Shown: piece by piece, positions 51,083 through 60,760 of the stretch
Layout: each line of letters starts with the position of its first letter
Position numbering within the stretch: position 1 is the stretch's first letter
DNA from: Promethearchaeota archaeon
GTDB taxonomy: Archaea > Asgardarchaeota > Lokiarchaeia > Sigyniarchaeales > SOKP01
Direction: 5' to 3'
Length of the DNA: 64,000 nt
Assembly: GCA_019058445.1 (NCBI GenBank)
Contig: JAHPZA010000003.1
Span: 580,919-644,918 of the forward strand
Program-made: the position numbers and the translations under genes
The notes under the pieces: model-generated
The model's input: the letters and a program-made list of their open reading frames with translations, nothing else
Database searches by the model: none
What the model was told of the DNA's origin: nothing

Positions 51083-51733
51083 ATGGAAATAATGACCGAC
51101 AATAATATAGTGTTATTTGATTACCTCAACAATACTAAAATTAATGGGGAATTTAACGGTTCTATCATATCTAAATTTAAGGAATATGTGAATTATTTAA
51201 TTTTTTCTGATAATATTAAGATTTCTGAGGATGATGGGATTCAAATTTCCCAAGGATTAATGGTGGGATTTGAAAGAGATGTAAACAAACATCTCGCATT
51301 TTCTAAAAAGGATGATTTTATATGGAGAGATCTTGAGAATTGTCCATTGGAGTATTCAATTTTAGTTCCAAGTGTGATTATGGAACAATATGATGAGGGG
51401 CAATTCTCTGATGCGTTTCCTTTTACTATCACAATGCTTCATACGGCAGGATTATATCAAAAAGAACCTGATGGATTATATGTGGATCATTTAGATTTTT
51501 TTCAGGGTGAAATACTGAGGAATCCTGTCGGATTATTTAATAGAGGAATCTGTATTGCCGATAGAGTTGTAATAGATCATAGAGGAGATCCTGTTTTTTA
51601 TGATTCTATCTTAGTAGGTCGAAATGAAAATGATATCTTAGAAGTTAGTTATGAGCCATTAGTTAATGTGAAAATGGATTATGATGTAGTGCGTTTCATC
51701 ATAATTTTAGGAATTGAAAATCTAAAAGAATAG
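51083..51733 (+). CDS. Hypothetical protein
   Basis: 216-aa ORF with no motif I recognise. Confidence 0.6.
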   Translation: MEIMTDNNIVLFDYLNNTKINGEFNGSIISKFKEYVNYLIFSDNIKISEDDGIQISQGLMVGFERDVNKHLAFSKKDDFIWRDLENCPLEYSILVPSVIMEQYDEGQFSDAFPFTITMLHTAGLYQKEPDGLYVDHLDFFQGEILRNPVGLFNRGICIADRVVIDHRGDPVFYDSILVGRNENDILEVSYEPLVNVKMDYDVVRFIIILGIENLKE

Positions 51734-51754
51734 TATTTCTACAGGATGTAAAAA

Positions 51755-52972
51755 TTGCTCATATATGAAAACAGAAAAGCAAAGCTACTTAATATATTTA
51801 AAATAGGGATTAATCCATTCAAAAAATTTGTAGCGACTGGTGAAATTAAAGAAGAGCTCGGATTTGTCACTTCCAGAAAGGAGTTGACGGAATCCATCAT
51901 TGATATAATTGAAAATAATAAAAACATCATATTACCAATTATTGGTGAAGTTGGAGCCGGAAAAACACACTTATTTTGGAATTTAAAAAAGAAGCTTCAT
52001 AATCATAATACATTTTATATTTCATTGGAAAATTATCGGAAGTTTTATTACAGTCTCTATTCAGAGTATATTGAAGAACTTGGAGTTGGGTTCTTAAGAA
52101 GTATTGCTAATGAATTATGTAATAAATGGGGCGCACTTGAGAGAAAATTTGGATTTTTTCACGTAGCTGACATTGAAAAGGTGCGAGAAACAGCATTCGA
52201 ACAAATATCAAAAAATTTTGAAGATAAAATCGCCTTAAATGATATAATTAACGCAATTACAGCTCATCAATTAGATCCTTATAAAAAATTGGAAGCAGAA
52301 AATTGGTTATTAGGAGAACTCATGGATTTTAGAGATTTAGCTCATCTTAATCTTTTATATGACCTCCGAAAAAAATCATATGCATTTACTATGTTAAAAA
52401 TTACAATTGAAAATTCAAAACTAGGAAGCGTTTTATTTATTGATGATTTTGAGAAGATTATTTCATTAATGAAAAAATCTGAAGAAGGCTCTGAGGAGAT
52501 TTTTGATCCAAGTTATCTTTATGGCAGTGAGGGAAGTACTTTAGATAATAGAGCGGCTCAAAAAATTCTTGATAAAATCTTAAATTTACAAAAAATAAGA
52601 AGTATTAAAATAATAATTACGTTAAATTCAATTGATTCCTTAGAAGAAATAAAAAGAAAAATTCAAGAAAAAGACAAGAAATTATTGCTCTTGTTTAAAA
52701 ATCCACTTTTTCTATCAAATTTTGAAGAAAATGATATTTTTGAGTTTTATAAAAAAAATATGAAAAATTTCTTGAAATCGGTTAATTATCTTGAATTCAT
52801 GGAAGAATATCCAGACTCTTACTTTCCATTGAATGAGAAGACGTTGAGAAATATTAATGACAAAGTTAATGGGAATCCAAGAGAAATCTTAAAACTTTTA
52901 ATAAAAATCTTTAACGAGATTATTTATTCAGATGAGAGCTTAGAAAATATCATTCACTCTTATGAAAATTAG
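51755..52972 (+). CDS. P-loop AAA+-type ATPase, BrxD/DUF2791-like
   Basis: NPF, Walker A GEVGAGKT, A..WL.GE, Walker B LFIDDFE, GNPRE. Confidence 0.75.
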   Translation: MLIYENRKAKLLNIFKIGINPFKKFVATGEIKEELGFVTSRKELTESIIDIIENNKNIILPIIGEVGAGKTHLFWNLKKKLHNHNTFYISLENYRKFYYSLYSEYIEELGVGFLRSIANELCNKWGALERKFGFFHVADIEKVRETAFEQISKNFEDKIALNDIINAITAHQLDPYKKLEAENWLLGELMDFRDLAHLNLLYDLRKKSYAFTMLKITIENSKLGSVLFIDDFEKIISLMKKSEEGSEEIFDPSYLYGSEGSTLDNRAAQKILDKILNLQKIRSIKIIITLNSIDSLEEIKRKIQEKDKKLLLLFKNPLFLSNFEENDIFEFYKKNMKNFLKSVNYLEFMEEYPDSYFPLNEKTLRNINDKVNGNPREILKLLIKIFNEIIYSDESLENIIHSYEN

Positions 52973-52979
52973 CTTAAAC

Positions 52980-53726
52980 CTATAAACTTTTTAATAAAAG
53001 CTTTTGATATATATCAATTTCATTTAAAAACATCACTTTATATTCATTTTCCCATTCAGAGCTTTCAAAAAGTTCTCTGAAAGATTCTAACTTACTCACA
53101 CTCATGGCTGAATTAAAAAAGGTGAGTAAAAGAAATCTAAATGCCTTTTTTGTAAACATCTGGTAAATTTCAGCAGCATTTAATAACTCATACAAGTGCT
53201 CTTCATTTCTAATAAATTTCTTTAATACGCTTGAGATGAGATCTTGAAGCGCTACATCTGGATTTTGCAATAATTTAAAAAATTTTTTGAAGGTATTGAT
53301 AGGAATGGTTTCATAAAGCAACATAGCTTTTAACGCATTAATTGAAATTGGTAAGTATTCATCTAATAAGGCATATTCTAACATATTAAAAATTTCTTCA
53401 GAAAGTTGAATATGATTAGCTATCTTATTTATGGCACTTAGAATCTCATTGCGAACCCATCTATCCGAGGAATAATAGTGTTCTATCAAGAAGTTAAGGT
53501 ATTTATCATCTAGACTCTGTTCCATTCCGATTTGTCCAAGAGTATATATCAAATTTAGTTTAATCTGACTAAAAATCTCTGGATTATAATTTTCTACAAA
53601 GTAATCAATAATGGCTAAATATTCTTTTTTAGGATTATTGCCCAATTCAATCAAGAAGGTATTAATTTCATCTGAATCCTTAGACGCTTTGATTTTTTCA
53701 AACTTTTCAATCAATTTTCCCATCAT
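52980..53726 (-). CDS. HEAT/ARM-like helical repeat protein
   Basis: LIYTLGQIG, DRWVRNEILSAINKI, ISINALKAM. Confidence 0.7.
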   Translation of the reverse strand: MMGKLIEKFEKIKASKDSDEINTFLIELGNNPKKEYLAIIDYFVENYNPEIFSQIKLNLIYTLGQIGMEQSLDDKYLNFLIEHYYSSDRWVRNEILSAINKIANHIQLSEEIFNMLEYALLDEYLPISINALKAMLLYETIPINTFKKFFKLLQNPDVALQDLISSVLKKFIRNEEHLYELLNAAEIYQMFTKKAFRFLLLTFFNSAMSVSKLESFRELFESSEWENEYKVMFLNEIDIYQKLLLKSL

Positions 53727-53764
53727 TATTTTTAGATATAGTATTAAAAAAAAACTTTATTATT

Positions 53765-54505
53765 CTATACTTTTTTTCCAACAACGCCTACATAAATAGC
53801 AGTTTCACTTTTTCCATCAATATCCAATATTGTATTTAGTTCATCATCGAAAATTGCTCCAATTGCACAAGCTCCTAACCCGAGAGCTTCAGCAACAAGA
53901 TAAAAATTCTGACCAATATGCCCACAATCTAGATATATGTACCGGTAGCATCTCTGTAAATATTTCCATTTAGATCGTTCTATAATCGCAGTAAATATGA
54001 AATTCACAGCCGAATTAAAAGCCATTTTTTGCCCTAAACATCCATTCGCAACTTCAGTGCGAAAATCCCCAACTTTTATTAATTCTAAGCTGTGTTCTGG
54101 AATATTAAAGTGATACACTCCTTTTTGTAATCCCTCAACATTATTTACTACAGGATAAATTTCAATAGGATATAACCCGCCAGCTGAAGGGGTAATTCGG
54201 TAAGAAAATTGGGTAAAAAGACGAGTAAGCCCTTCCATTCCAAATAGGAGAAGACTAATATCCATCAGAGTAAGAGAATTTTTTGAGAAATTCCTTGTAG
54301 AATGCCTCTTCACTAAAATGTCCCAGAATTTTATTGTATCATCAAATTCAGGTGAAGGGAGTTTAGTTTTCGATATCGCATTGTCATAAATTTTGTAAGT
54401 TTTTGGCTTTTTTGACCAATCCAAATAATGTTGAGGTAAATTCTCCCTTGTGTATTTAGATTTTTGCTGAAAATTATCTCCATAATTTTCGGAAGATCCA
54501 TTCAT
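53765..54505 (-). CDS. SagB/ThcOx-type nitroreductase family protein
   Basis: RHSTRNF, PSAGGLYP, KY..R.YRY..LDCGHIGQN. Confidence 0.9.
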   Translation of the reverse strand: MNGSSENYGDNFQQKSKYTRENLPQHYLDWSKKPKTYKIYDNAISKTKLPSPEFDDTIKFWDILVKRHSTRNFSKNSLTLMDISLLLFGMEGLTRLFTQFSYRITPSAGGLYPIEIYPVVNNVEGLQKGVYHFNIPEHSLELIKVGDFRTEVANGCLGQKMAFNSAVNFIFTAIIERSKWKYLQRCYRYIYLDCGHIGQNFYLVAEALGLGACAIGAIFDDELNTILDIDGKSETAIYVGVVGKKV

Positions 54506-54658
54506 AATATAAATGATTGAACTTCAATTTAAATAATTTGAGTTAAATTGAAAATTATTCTTCAGTTTTAAGCTATAAACAAATCATTTTTAAAGAGTAA
54601 ATTATTCATATTCAAACCCAGCTATAATCACTTTTAGATTAATAAAAAATTTGCACAT

Positions 54659-55303
54659 ATGACTCAAGACCTTAAACAATTCCGACAAGCTAAAAAGATT
54701 AGAATATTTCGTATTTATTTAATCATCGAGCTAATAATCTTAATTCTCTCAATTATTATTCCGCATAATATTATAATTTTAATCCACGCTTATTACGGCT
54801 GTGGACATCATAGCGGAGGAATAGACGGGGATCTCTGGGAATGGGGCAGAGCTCTTGGATGGACAGCCTTGATATGGTTTATTATATCCTTTTTTCAAGG
54901 ATTTACTATTAACAAACACGCCAAATTTTTTCTTAGAAAAAGAAAAGCTCGAGATTTGCACTGTATCAGTTCTATGCTATGTATTTTGTTTTTTCTTTTA
55001 CATATTTTTTTCCTATTTATTTCAGAACCTTGGAGATCCATCTTTTTGTTGAGAGATAGAAAGCATTTTCCTTATCAATTATTTCAATTCAAAATTGGTA
55101 CCGGAATATATATGGCGATTGTAATGTCCTTAGTTTCCATATTATCCTTCGCAGCCCGGGATGCAAAAGTTATGAAAAAGATAGGGTATAAACGATTTCG
55201 CATAATTCACTGGATAATGATTATCTCCACAATTATTCTAATCATCCACATCGTATTCATAAATACGGAAATTTGGATTATAAGCGGTCGTAAAATTAGG
55301 TAA
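54659..55303 (+). CDS. Ferric reductase-like heme b transmembrane protein
   Basis: TM helices with paired His (LH..LLH; FRIIHW..IIH). Confidence 0.7.
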   Translation: MTQDLKQFRQAKKIRIFRIYLIIELIILILSIIIPHNIIILIHAYYGCGHHSGGIDGDLWEWGRALGWTALIWFIISFFQGFTINKHAKFFLRKRKARDLHCISSMLCILFFLLHIFFLFISEPWRSIFLLRDRKHFPYQLFQFKIGTGIYMAIVMSLVSILSFAARDAKVMKKIGYKRFRIIHWIMIISTIILIIHIVFINTEIWIISGRKIR

Positions 55304-55338
55304 TCCTAAAAAAAATAATATAAAAAAAAAGTATTATT

Positions 55339-56871
55339 TTAAAATTTATCTTCATCCTTGTACCAAGCTGGATACCAGCGATAGTAATCTTCCGGGAACG
55401 CTTTTTTTAGACCCTCGTAAGTTGCTTTTACTAATGCGATTTTACCATCTCGGTCGCGATTGGTAGCGATTAACTTCTTTTCTTCAAGGCTTTCAAAGGT
55501 TTTTCTAATTGCTGAGCGACTGCCGCCTATATCTTGTCTTACATCATCAGGAGTCATATAAAGACCTGGATTAACTTTATAGTCATGTGCAATCACCTTT
55601 AAAATATTTTCCTCATTTATCTCTAATCCTTTAAATTGAGATTCCTTTTTTGAGACAAGAGGAGCGTTAACCTCATCATTCCAACGTAGTCTCATAGGTT
55701 CATTATTCTCTGGCAACATAGAGGCAAAACGGTAGATTATCATCTTTTGTATTTCAGAAGTCCCTGCGACAATTTCGCCGATTTTTCCTTCTCTAACAAT
55801 GCGTTCTGCTCCATAGAATTTAGTAAGTCCATCTCCACCCATTGCTTGTACCGCTAAAAGCCCAGCATCTCTCACATATTCACTAATGAACCATTTTGCG
55901 ATGGATGCATTAATCATAGGTTCTTGTCCGTCATCCAATTGTTTGGCACAATTATAAGCGAAAACGCGTCCCATTCTGTATTTGGCAATTAATTCTGAAA
56001 TTTGGTTTTGAACTCCAGGGAATTGGTTAGTGGATCTCCTAAATTGAACCCGCCTCTTGGTATAATAGAATAATAGCTTAATAATGTCTTTAATTACTCC
56101 AACATATACTGCACCTGCAATAAGGCGTTCGAAATTTAAACCCGCCATCATTACGTTCCAGCCTTTGCCTACGGCTCCAACCCGATTCTCATCAGGAATT
56201 CTAACATTATTAAATGATAGATATGTGTTAGGTACATTATCGAATCCAATTAAAGGATTTACTCTTTCCAAATGAAATCCTGGCAATCCTTTTTCAACGA
56301 TAAAAGAAGTGATATGAGAATACTGCTTACGATCAGACTTGTCTTCACTGGTTTTCGCATAAATAAAATAGCGATCAGAAACACCACCACCAGTGATATA
56401 TCTTTTCTTACCATTAATTATCCACTCATCACCTTCTTTCACGGCCGTAGTCATGACATTCGCAGCGTCAGATCCTGCATAAGGCTCAGTAATACAAACA
56501 GCACCTAATTGGTCTCCACTTGCCATTTGAGGTAGCCATTTCTGTTTTTGCTCCTCTGTAGCATATCTTAACATTTGTTCTAAACCAGCAAGCATAGATA
56601 CTACAAATACATGACCGACTGAATAAAGCCTTCCTAGTGCTTCCGCAACGATACATGAACCCGTGGCACCCAATTCTAATCCACCATATTCTTTGGGAAT
56701 TCCTGCTCCAAAATATCCTTCGGCAGCAACTTTTTTCACTAAAGGCCAAGGAAATTCTTGTTTCCAAAAGAAATATTCAGCATCTTCAAAATTCTCATCG
56801 ACAAACTGATTTACTTTCTTGGAAATTGCCTTTTGCTCCTCAGTCCACCAAAAAAAAGTTTCATCACTCAT
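55339..56871 (-). CDS. Acyl-CoA dehydrogenase with C-terminal winged-helix extension
   Basis: ITEPYAGSD, NGKKRYIT, RVQF, MGGDG, GTSEIQK; extra ~125-aa C-terminal region. Confidence 0.9.
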   Translation of the reverse strand: MSDETFFWWTEEQKAISKKVNQFVDENFEDAEYFFWKQEFPWPLVKKVAAEGYFGAGIPKEYGGLELGATGSCIVAEALGRLYSVGHVFVVSMLAGLEQMLRYATEEQKQKWLPQMASGDQLGAVCITEPYAGSDAANVMTTAVKEGDEWIINGKKRYITGGGVSDRYFIYAKTSEDKSDRKQYSHITSFIVEKGLPGFHLERVNPLIGFDNVPNTYLSFNNVRIPDENRVGAVGKGWNVMMAGLNFERLIAGAVYVGVIKDIIKLLFYYTKRRVQFRRSTNQFPGVQNQISELIAKYRMGRVFAYNCAKQLDDGQEPMINASIAKWFISEYVRDAGLLAVQAMGGDGLTKFYGAERIVREGKIGEIVAGTSEIQKMIIYRFASMLPENNEPMRLRWNDEVNAPLVSKKESQFKGLEINEENILKVIAHDYKVNPGLYMTPDDVRQDIGGSRSAIRKTFESLEEKKLIATNRDRDGKIALVKATYEGLKKAFPEDYYRWYPAWYKDEDKF

Positions 56872-57094
56872 CTTATATTCCTTTTATAATTAGTTTTAAA
56901 CCAAAATTATTGTAATTTTTGATTTTAAGTATTACGTATGTAAAATTTTCATTTTTGATAAATCTTAAAGTTTTATAGTTCGATTTTTTTACATTTCTCA
57001 CTGACAATTATGTTATTGCTCTTTAGATAAAATTAATTAGAAGCATATTCTTATTTTAAATTTACATATAATATAATCCCAGAAGTAAGAGCTG

Positions 57095-58720
57095 ATTGAA
57101 ATATCTATTCCAGCATCCATTCGAGAAGGTCCTCGAACTACAAATACCTTAGTCAAGAAAAGATATTTAATTCTATATTTTACTTTAATTACAGTAAGCT
57201 CTCAACCTACATTATTATGGTTCTGGTATTTTTGGCAATTATTTCCAAAAGAAAGTATTCTTTTCTTTATATTCTTCCCTTTAGCGTTTCTTATTGGTGT
57301 CATAATTTTAATTATAAGTTCAATAATTATTGCCAAATTCTTTCTTTCTATTATAAATACAATTCATAAACCTAAAGAGGGAATCTTTAACAGGAATAAG
57401 AAAGATAAAGATTATTGCTATTGGAGTATGAGAAATATCATCAAAAAGTGGCCTTTATGGTTGACAAGGCAATTAAACTTACCACTTCTTGAAACACTCG
57501 CACTTAAAGTTTTGGGAGTAAAATCCTTTAAAATTAACTGTGTTAATGGGGGCTGGCTTGATTGTGAGTTTATTGAATTTGGAAAAAATATTAAAATTGG
57601 CCAAGGAAGCATTATCATGTCTAATATTATAATTAGAGATAGACTAATGATAAAAAAAGTGGTGTTAGAAGATAATGTAATCGTTGGCGCTCACTCTGTT
57701 GTCTGTCCGGGAACGATAATTAAAAAAAATACAATCCTTGATGCGCTTTCAATGACTTCAATAGGTCAAGTGCTCGAAAATGATTCTGTCTATAGGGGCA
57801 CACCAGCAAAGAAAACCATGAATAACCAACCAATTGCAAATATAGATGAGTTAGAAAAAGTCATATTTACACAAAAAATTAAGAGTAGAGAAGAAAATGA
57901 GGATTTAAGGACTGATATGAAAGAGATGTCAGTTCCCTTTCATGTGTATATCCTCTCAGGATGGTGGATCATGGGAGGCTCTTTTATTATCCCGGGATTT
58001 TTGTTCTTTATATTTATGTATTGGTTATTAATTCCAAACCTGTTTTCAAACCCATTTTCTTTAATTCTCTTATTAAACTTAGAGATTATCCTCATTATTT
58101 TACTTACACCAATCATCCTCATAGGAATATACTTACTACACTTATTTTTTGTAGCATTATTTACAAGCATTTTTTACCATTTCGCTGATTACAGAGGTCC
58201 GGCACAAGGGATCTTTGACAGGAATTTAAATGAGCATTGGAAAGCCTTAGATTATTATCATTGGCGATCCTTTCTTTTAAAATATCCTGTATTTGTATTT
58301 CTCAGATCTCCTTTTCCTTGGCTGCTGAATTGGGAACTAAGATTTATTGGCTCAAATAAAATAGGGAAGGGTACTGTATTTGAAGAGTGTTTCATTCATT
58401 CGCACTTAAATTTCGGGAACAATTGTTATATGGGTACATTTGCCCATATCAGCAATCACATGGTTGATGGTGTGTATGGCACCGAAAATTTAACGTTTTA
58501 TGGTGCAAAAATAGGGGATAATTGTGTATTTAATGCCTTAATTGGGGGAATGCCCGGCTTAGAGGTAGGTGATAATGCCACCTTTTTACCTATGGCAACT
58601 ACTATAAAATATGATAAGATGGAAGACAATGGAATCTATATAGGTTTTCCTGCGCGTAGATTGAATAAAGAAACAGCAAAAAAATTTATAGGTGAAGAGT
58701 TTCATGACAGCGGAGAATGA
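57095..58720 (+). CDS. Membrane protein with two TM-hairpin + LbH (hexapeptide) acyltransferase units; start extended to a non-canonical codon at about 57092-57107
   Basis: Frame open from TAA 57086-57088 with no ATG/GTG/TTG before 57428; the extension IHKPKEGIFNRNKKDKDY is homologous to the downstream gene. Confidence 0.78.
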   Translation: MEISIPASIREGPRTTNTLVKKRYLILYFTLITVSSQPTLLWFWYFWQLFPKESILFFIFFPLAFLIGVIILIISSIIIAKFFLSIINTIHKPKEGIFNRNKKDKDYCYWSMRNIIKKWPLWLTRQLNLPLLETLALKVLGVKSFKINCVNGGWLDCEFIEFGKNIKIGQGSIIMSNIIIRDRLMIKKVVLEDNVIVGAHSVVCPGTIIKKNTILDALSMTSIGQVLENDSVYRGTPAKKTMNNQPIANIDELEKVIFTQKIKSREENEDLRTDMKEMSVPFHVYILSGWWIMGGSFIIPGFLFFIFMYWLLIPNLFSNPFSLILLLNLEIILIILLTPIILIGIYLLHLFFVALFTSIFYHFADYRGPAQGIFDRNLNEHWKALDYYHWRSFLLKYPVFVFLRSPFPWLLNWELRFIGSNKIGKGTVFEECFIHSHLNFGNNCYMGTFAHISNHMVDGVYGTENLTFYGAKIGDNCVFNALIGGMPGLEVGDNATFLPMATTIKYDKMEDNGIYIGFPARRLNKETAKKFIGEEFHDSGE

Positions 58721-59732
58721 AAAAACTCAAGGTCCGCATGAAAATTCAGTGGATATTGCTAAGTATCCAATTACTACCAATGTATTCGCGTGGTCACCCG
58801 CTTCAATTTTAATTTATTTATTATTACACATCTTTTCTTTTTTGATACCTTCTTTAATGATATTAACATTTTATTCTGGTGCACTTGATTTTGATCTTAT
58901 ATCAAATTGGTGGAGAATCCTTCTTATTTTTTTAGATATAATGGTATGGTGGTGGATTTATTTATTATCGGGGCTACTCTTAGGAAAATTATTATTGATT
59001 ATACTCGGATTAATTCATAAACCAAGAGAAGGTTTATTTAAAGTAGATAGGAATGATAAAGACTATTACTATTACTGCCTACGATATACCATAAAAAAAT
59101 TCATTTTCTGGACATGGAACAATTTTTGCTTTCCTTGGGTGTCCAACTTAGCTTTTAAGATCTGTAATATGAGAGCGGATTTTAAATCTACGATGTTCGA
59201 TGGATGGAGTGATTTAGAGTTTATTGAATACGGAAATAACATCATGATTGGACAAGGTGCGGTCGTACTTTCAAGTATGATCATAGGAGATCATTTTTTA
59301 ATTAAAAAAGTAATCATTGGAGATCATGTGGTTTTAGGAGGCAATTCAATTGTGAGTCCCGGGACAGTTATTGGCAGTGGAACTACTTTAGGAGTATGGG
59401 CAAGCACTCACATAGGACAAATATTAGAATCAGACTGGATTTATATTGGAAGGCCCGCTAGAAAGTTTAAGCAAACGAAAATCATTTATGAAGAGAGTAA
59501 AAAAGAAAGTGAAGTTGGTACCTTTAGACGGTTGGTCGATACAAACGAAAAAGCTCCACATACTGTAAAACGATATGTTAAGAAAGACATGGTAGGGATT
59601 GCAATAGATAATTTAGAAAAACTCTACGAAAAATGGAAAGAATCAGTAGAAGTGAAAAATAAAAAAGAATTAAAGAAGAAGTATAAGAAAAGTAAAAGAG
59701 AAATTAAAAAGAAGCAATTTAATGAGGTATAA
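58704..59732 (+). CDS. Membrane protein with one TM-hairpin + LbH acyltransferase unit
   Basis: IHKPREGLF..DKDY, hexapeptide repeats VIIGDHVVLGGNSIVSPGTVIG, G.PAR; overlaps the upstream gene. Confidence 0.82.
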   Translation: MTAENEKTQGPHENSVDIAKYPITTNVFAWSPASILIYLLLHIFSFLIPSLMILTFYSGALDFDLISNWWRILLIFLDIMVWWWIYLLSGLLLGKLLLIILGLIHKPREGLFKVDRNDKDYYYYCLRYTIKKFIFWTWNNFCFPWVSNLAFKICNMRADFKSTMFDGWSDLEFIEYGNNIMIGQGAVVLSSMIIGDHFLIKKVIIGDHVVLGGNSIVSPGTVIGSGTTLGVWASTHIGQILESDWIYIGRPARKFKQTKIIYEESKKESEVGTFRRLVDTNEKAPHTVKRYVKKDMVGIAIDNLEKLYEKWKESVEVKNKKELKKKYKKSKREIKKKQFNEV

Positions 59733-59882
59733 TTTTTAAAAAAAAATCGTATTTTCTTAAAACTTTAAATACTAAATTAGCTCTATAAATACTATATTAC
59801 TAAATTTATTCAAGAAATTTAGTTACCAAAAAAAAAAAAATCAATTTTTAAAAATTAATTTAATATAAGGTGTAAGGATAAA

Positions 59883-60581
59883 ATGGTATCAACTCTAGGT
59901 TATCTTGATGGCCTTACGGCTACAGGTATTATATTGTCTGCTGTTATATTCGGTCTTTTGTCTTTTCATTCCGCCAGAAAATTGGATGCTAGACTCCTAG
60001 CTGTGGCAGGGGTGATGATGATCTTTATAGGACTTTTTTGGTTAGGACCTTTTGTTGATTTTCTTTCAATACTATTTACAGGTAAAAATATAAGACCTAT
60101 ATACGTTTATGGTTGGTTATCCTATGTCTGGGTGGCTCCTGCGATCATCGTATCCATGTACCTAGGTTCTGAGCTTTTGGTTCCGGAAAAAAAGAAGATA
60201 GTAATAGCAATTTACGCAATATTGGGTATAATTTTTGAATTTCTTATTTTTCTAGACGTATCAGGAACTTTTACATTTACGCTAAACAATCCCGGTCAAG
60301 ATACAATTGACTCCAGCTTTAATCGAACCTCTCCCACTTATTGGATCATTATCTTTTTTCTAATCTCAACATTGATATTTGAAGGTTTTGGTTTTGCGAT
60401 TAAAGCTAAACAGGCAACTGGTGAAATACGGAAAAAATTCACTTTTCTATCAATTGGTTTCATAGTATTCGTAGTATGCGGTGCTATTGACTCGATTTTA
60501 CCTTTAGGAGTTGCGATTGGATTTAGCAGAGCGGTAATGATGTCGTTTTCATTGTGGATGTACCTTGGTCTTAAGACATAA
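59883..60581 (+). CDS. Stand-alone 7-TM membrane protein
   Basis: Seven hydrophobic segments in 232 aa; no soluble output domain. Confidence 0.8.
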   Translation: MVSTLGYLDGLTATGIILSAVIFGLLSFHSARKLDARLLAVAGVMMIFIGLFWLGPFVDFLSILFTGKNIRPIYVYGWLSYVWVAPAIIVSMYLGSELLVPEKKKIVIAIYAILGIIFEFLIFLDVSGTFTFTLNNPGQDTIDSSFNRTSPTYWIIIFFLISTLIFEGFGFAIKAKQATGEIRKKFTFLSIGFIVFVVCGAIDSILPLGVAIGFSRAVMMSFSLWMYLGLKT

Positions 60582-60760
60582 TTAATAATCTAATATTTTT
60601 TTTTATTTATTTCAATCGGGAGTTTTTACCTTAGAGAATTTAGGGTAATTAAAATGAAATTCATAATTAAAAGTTTAAATAAATTTTAATCATAATACTA
60701 TTAAATAATGATTTAAAAATTTGAAAAATTAGCAATGAATTAACCAGAGGTAGACATAAA

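Noticed and set aside
51755-52972. Complete BREX system or Cdc6/Orc1 origin locus
   Set aside because: No other BREX genes, no C-terminal wHTH and no ORB-like repeats seen.
53765-54505. RiPP (azole) biosynthetic cluster around the SagB-like gene
   Set aside because: No YcaO, E1-like protein or precursor peptide nearby; stand-alone homologs are common in archaea.
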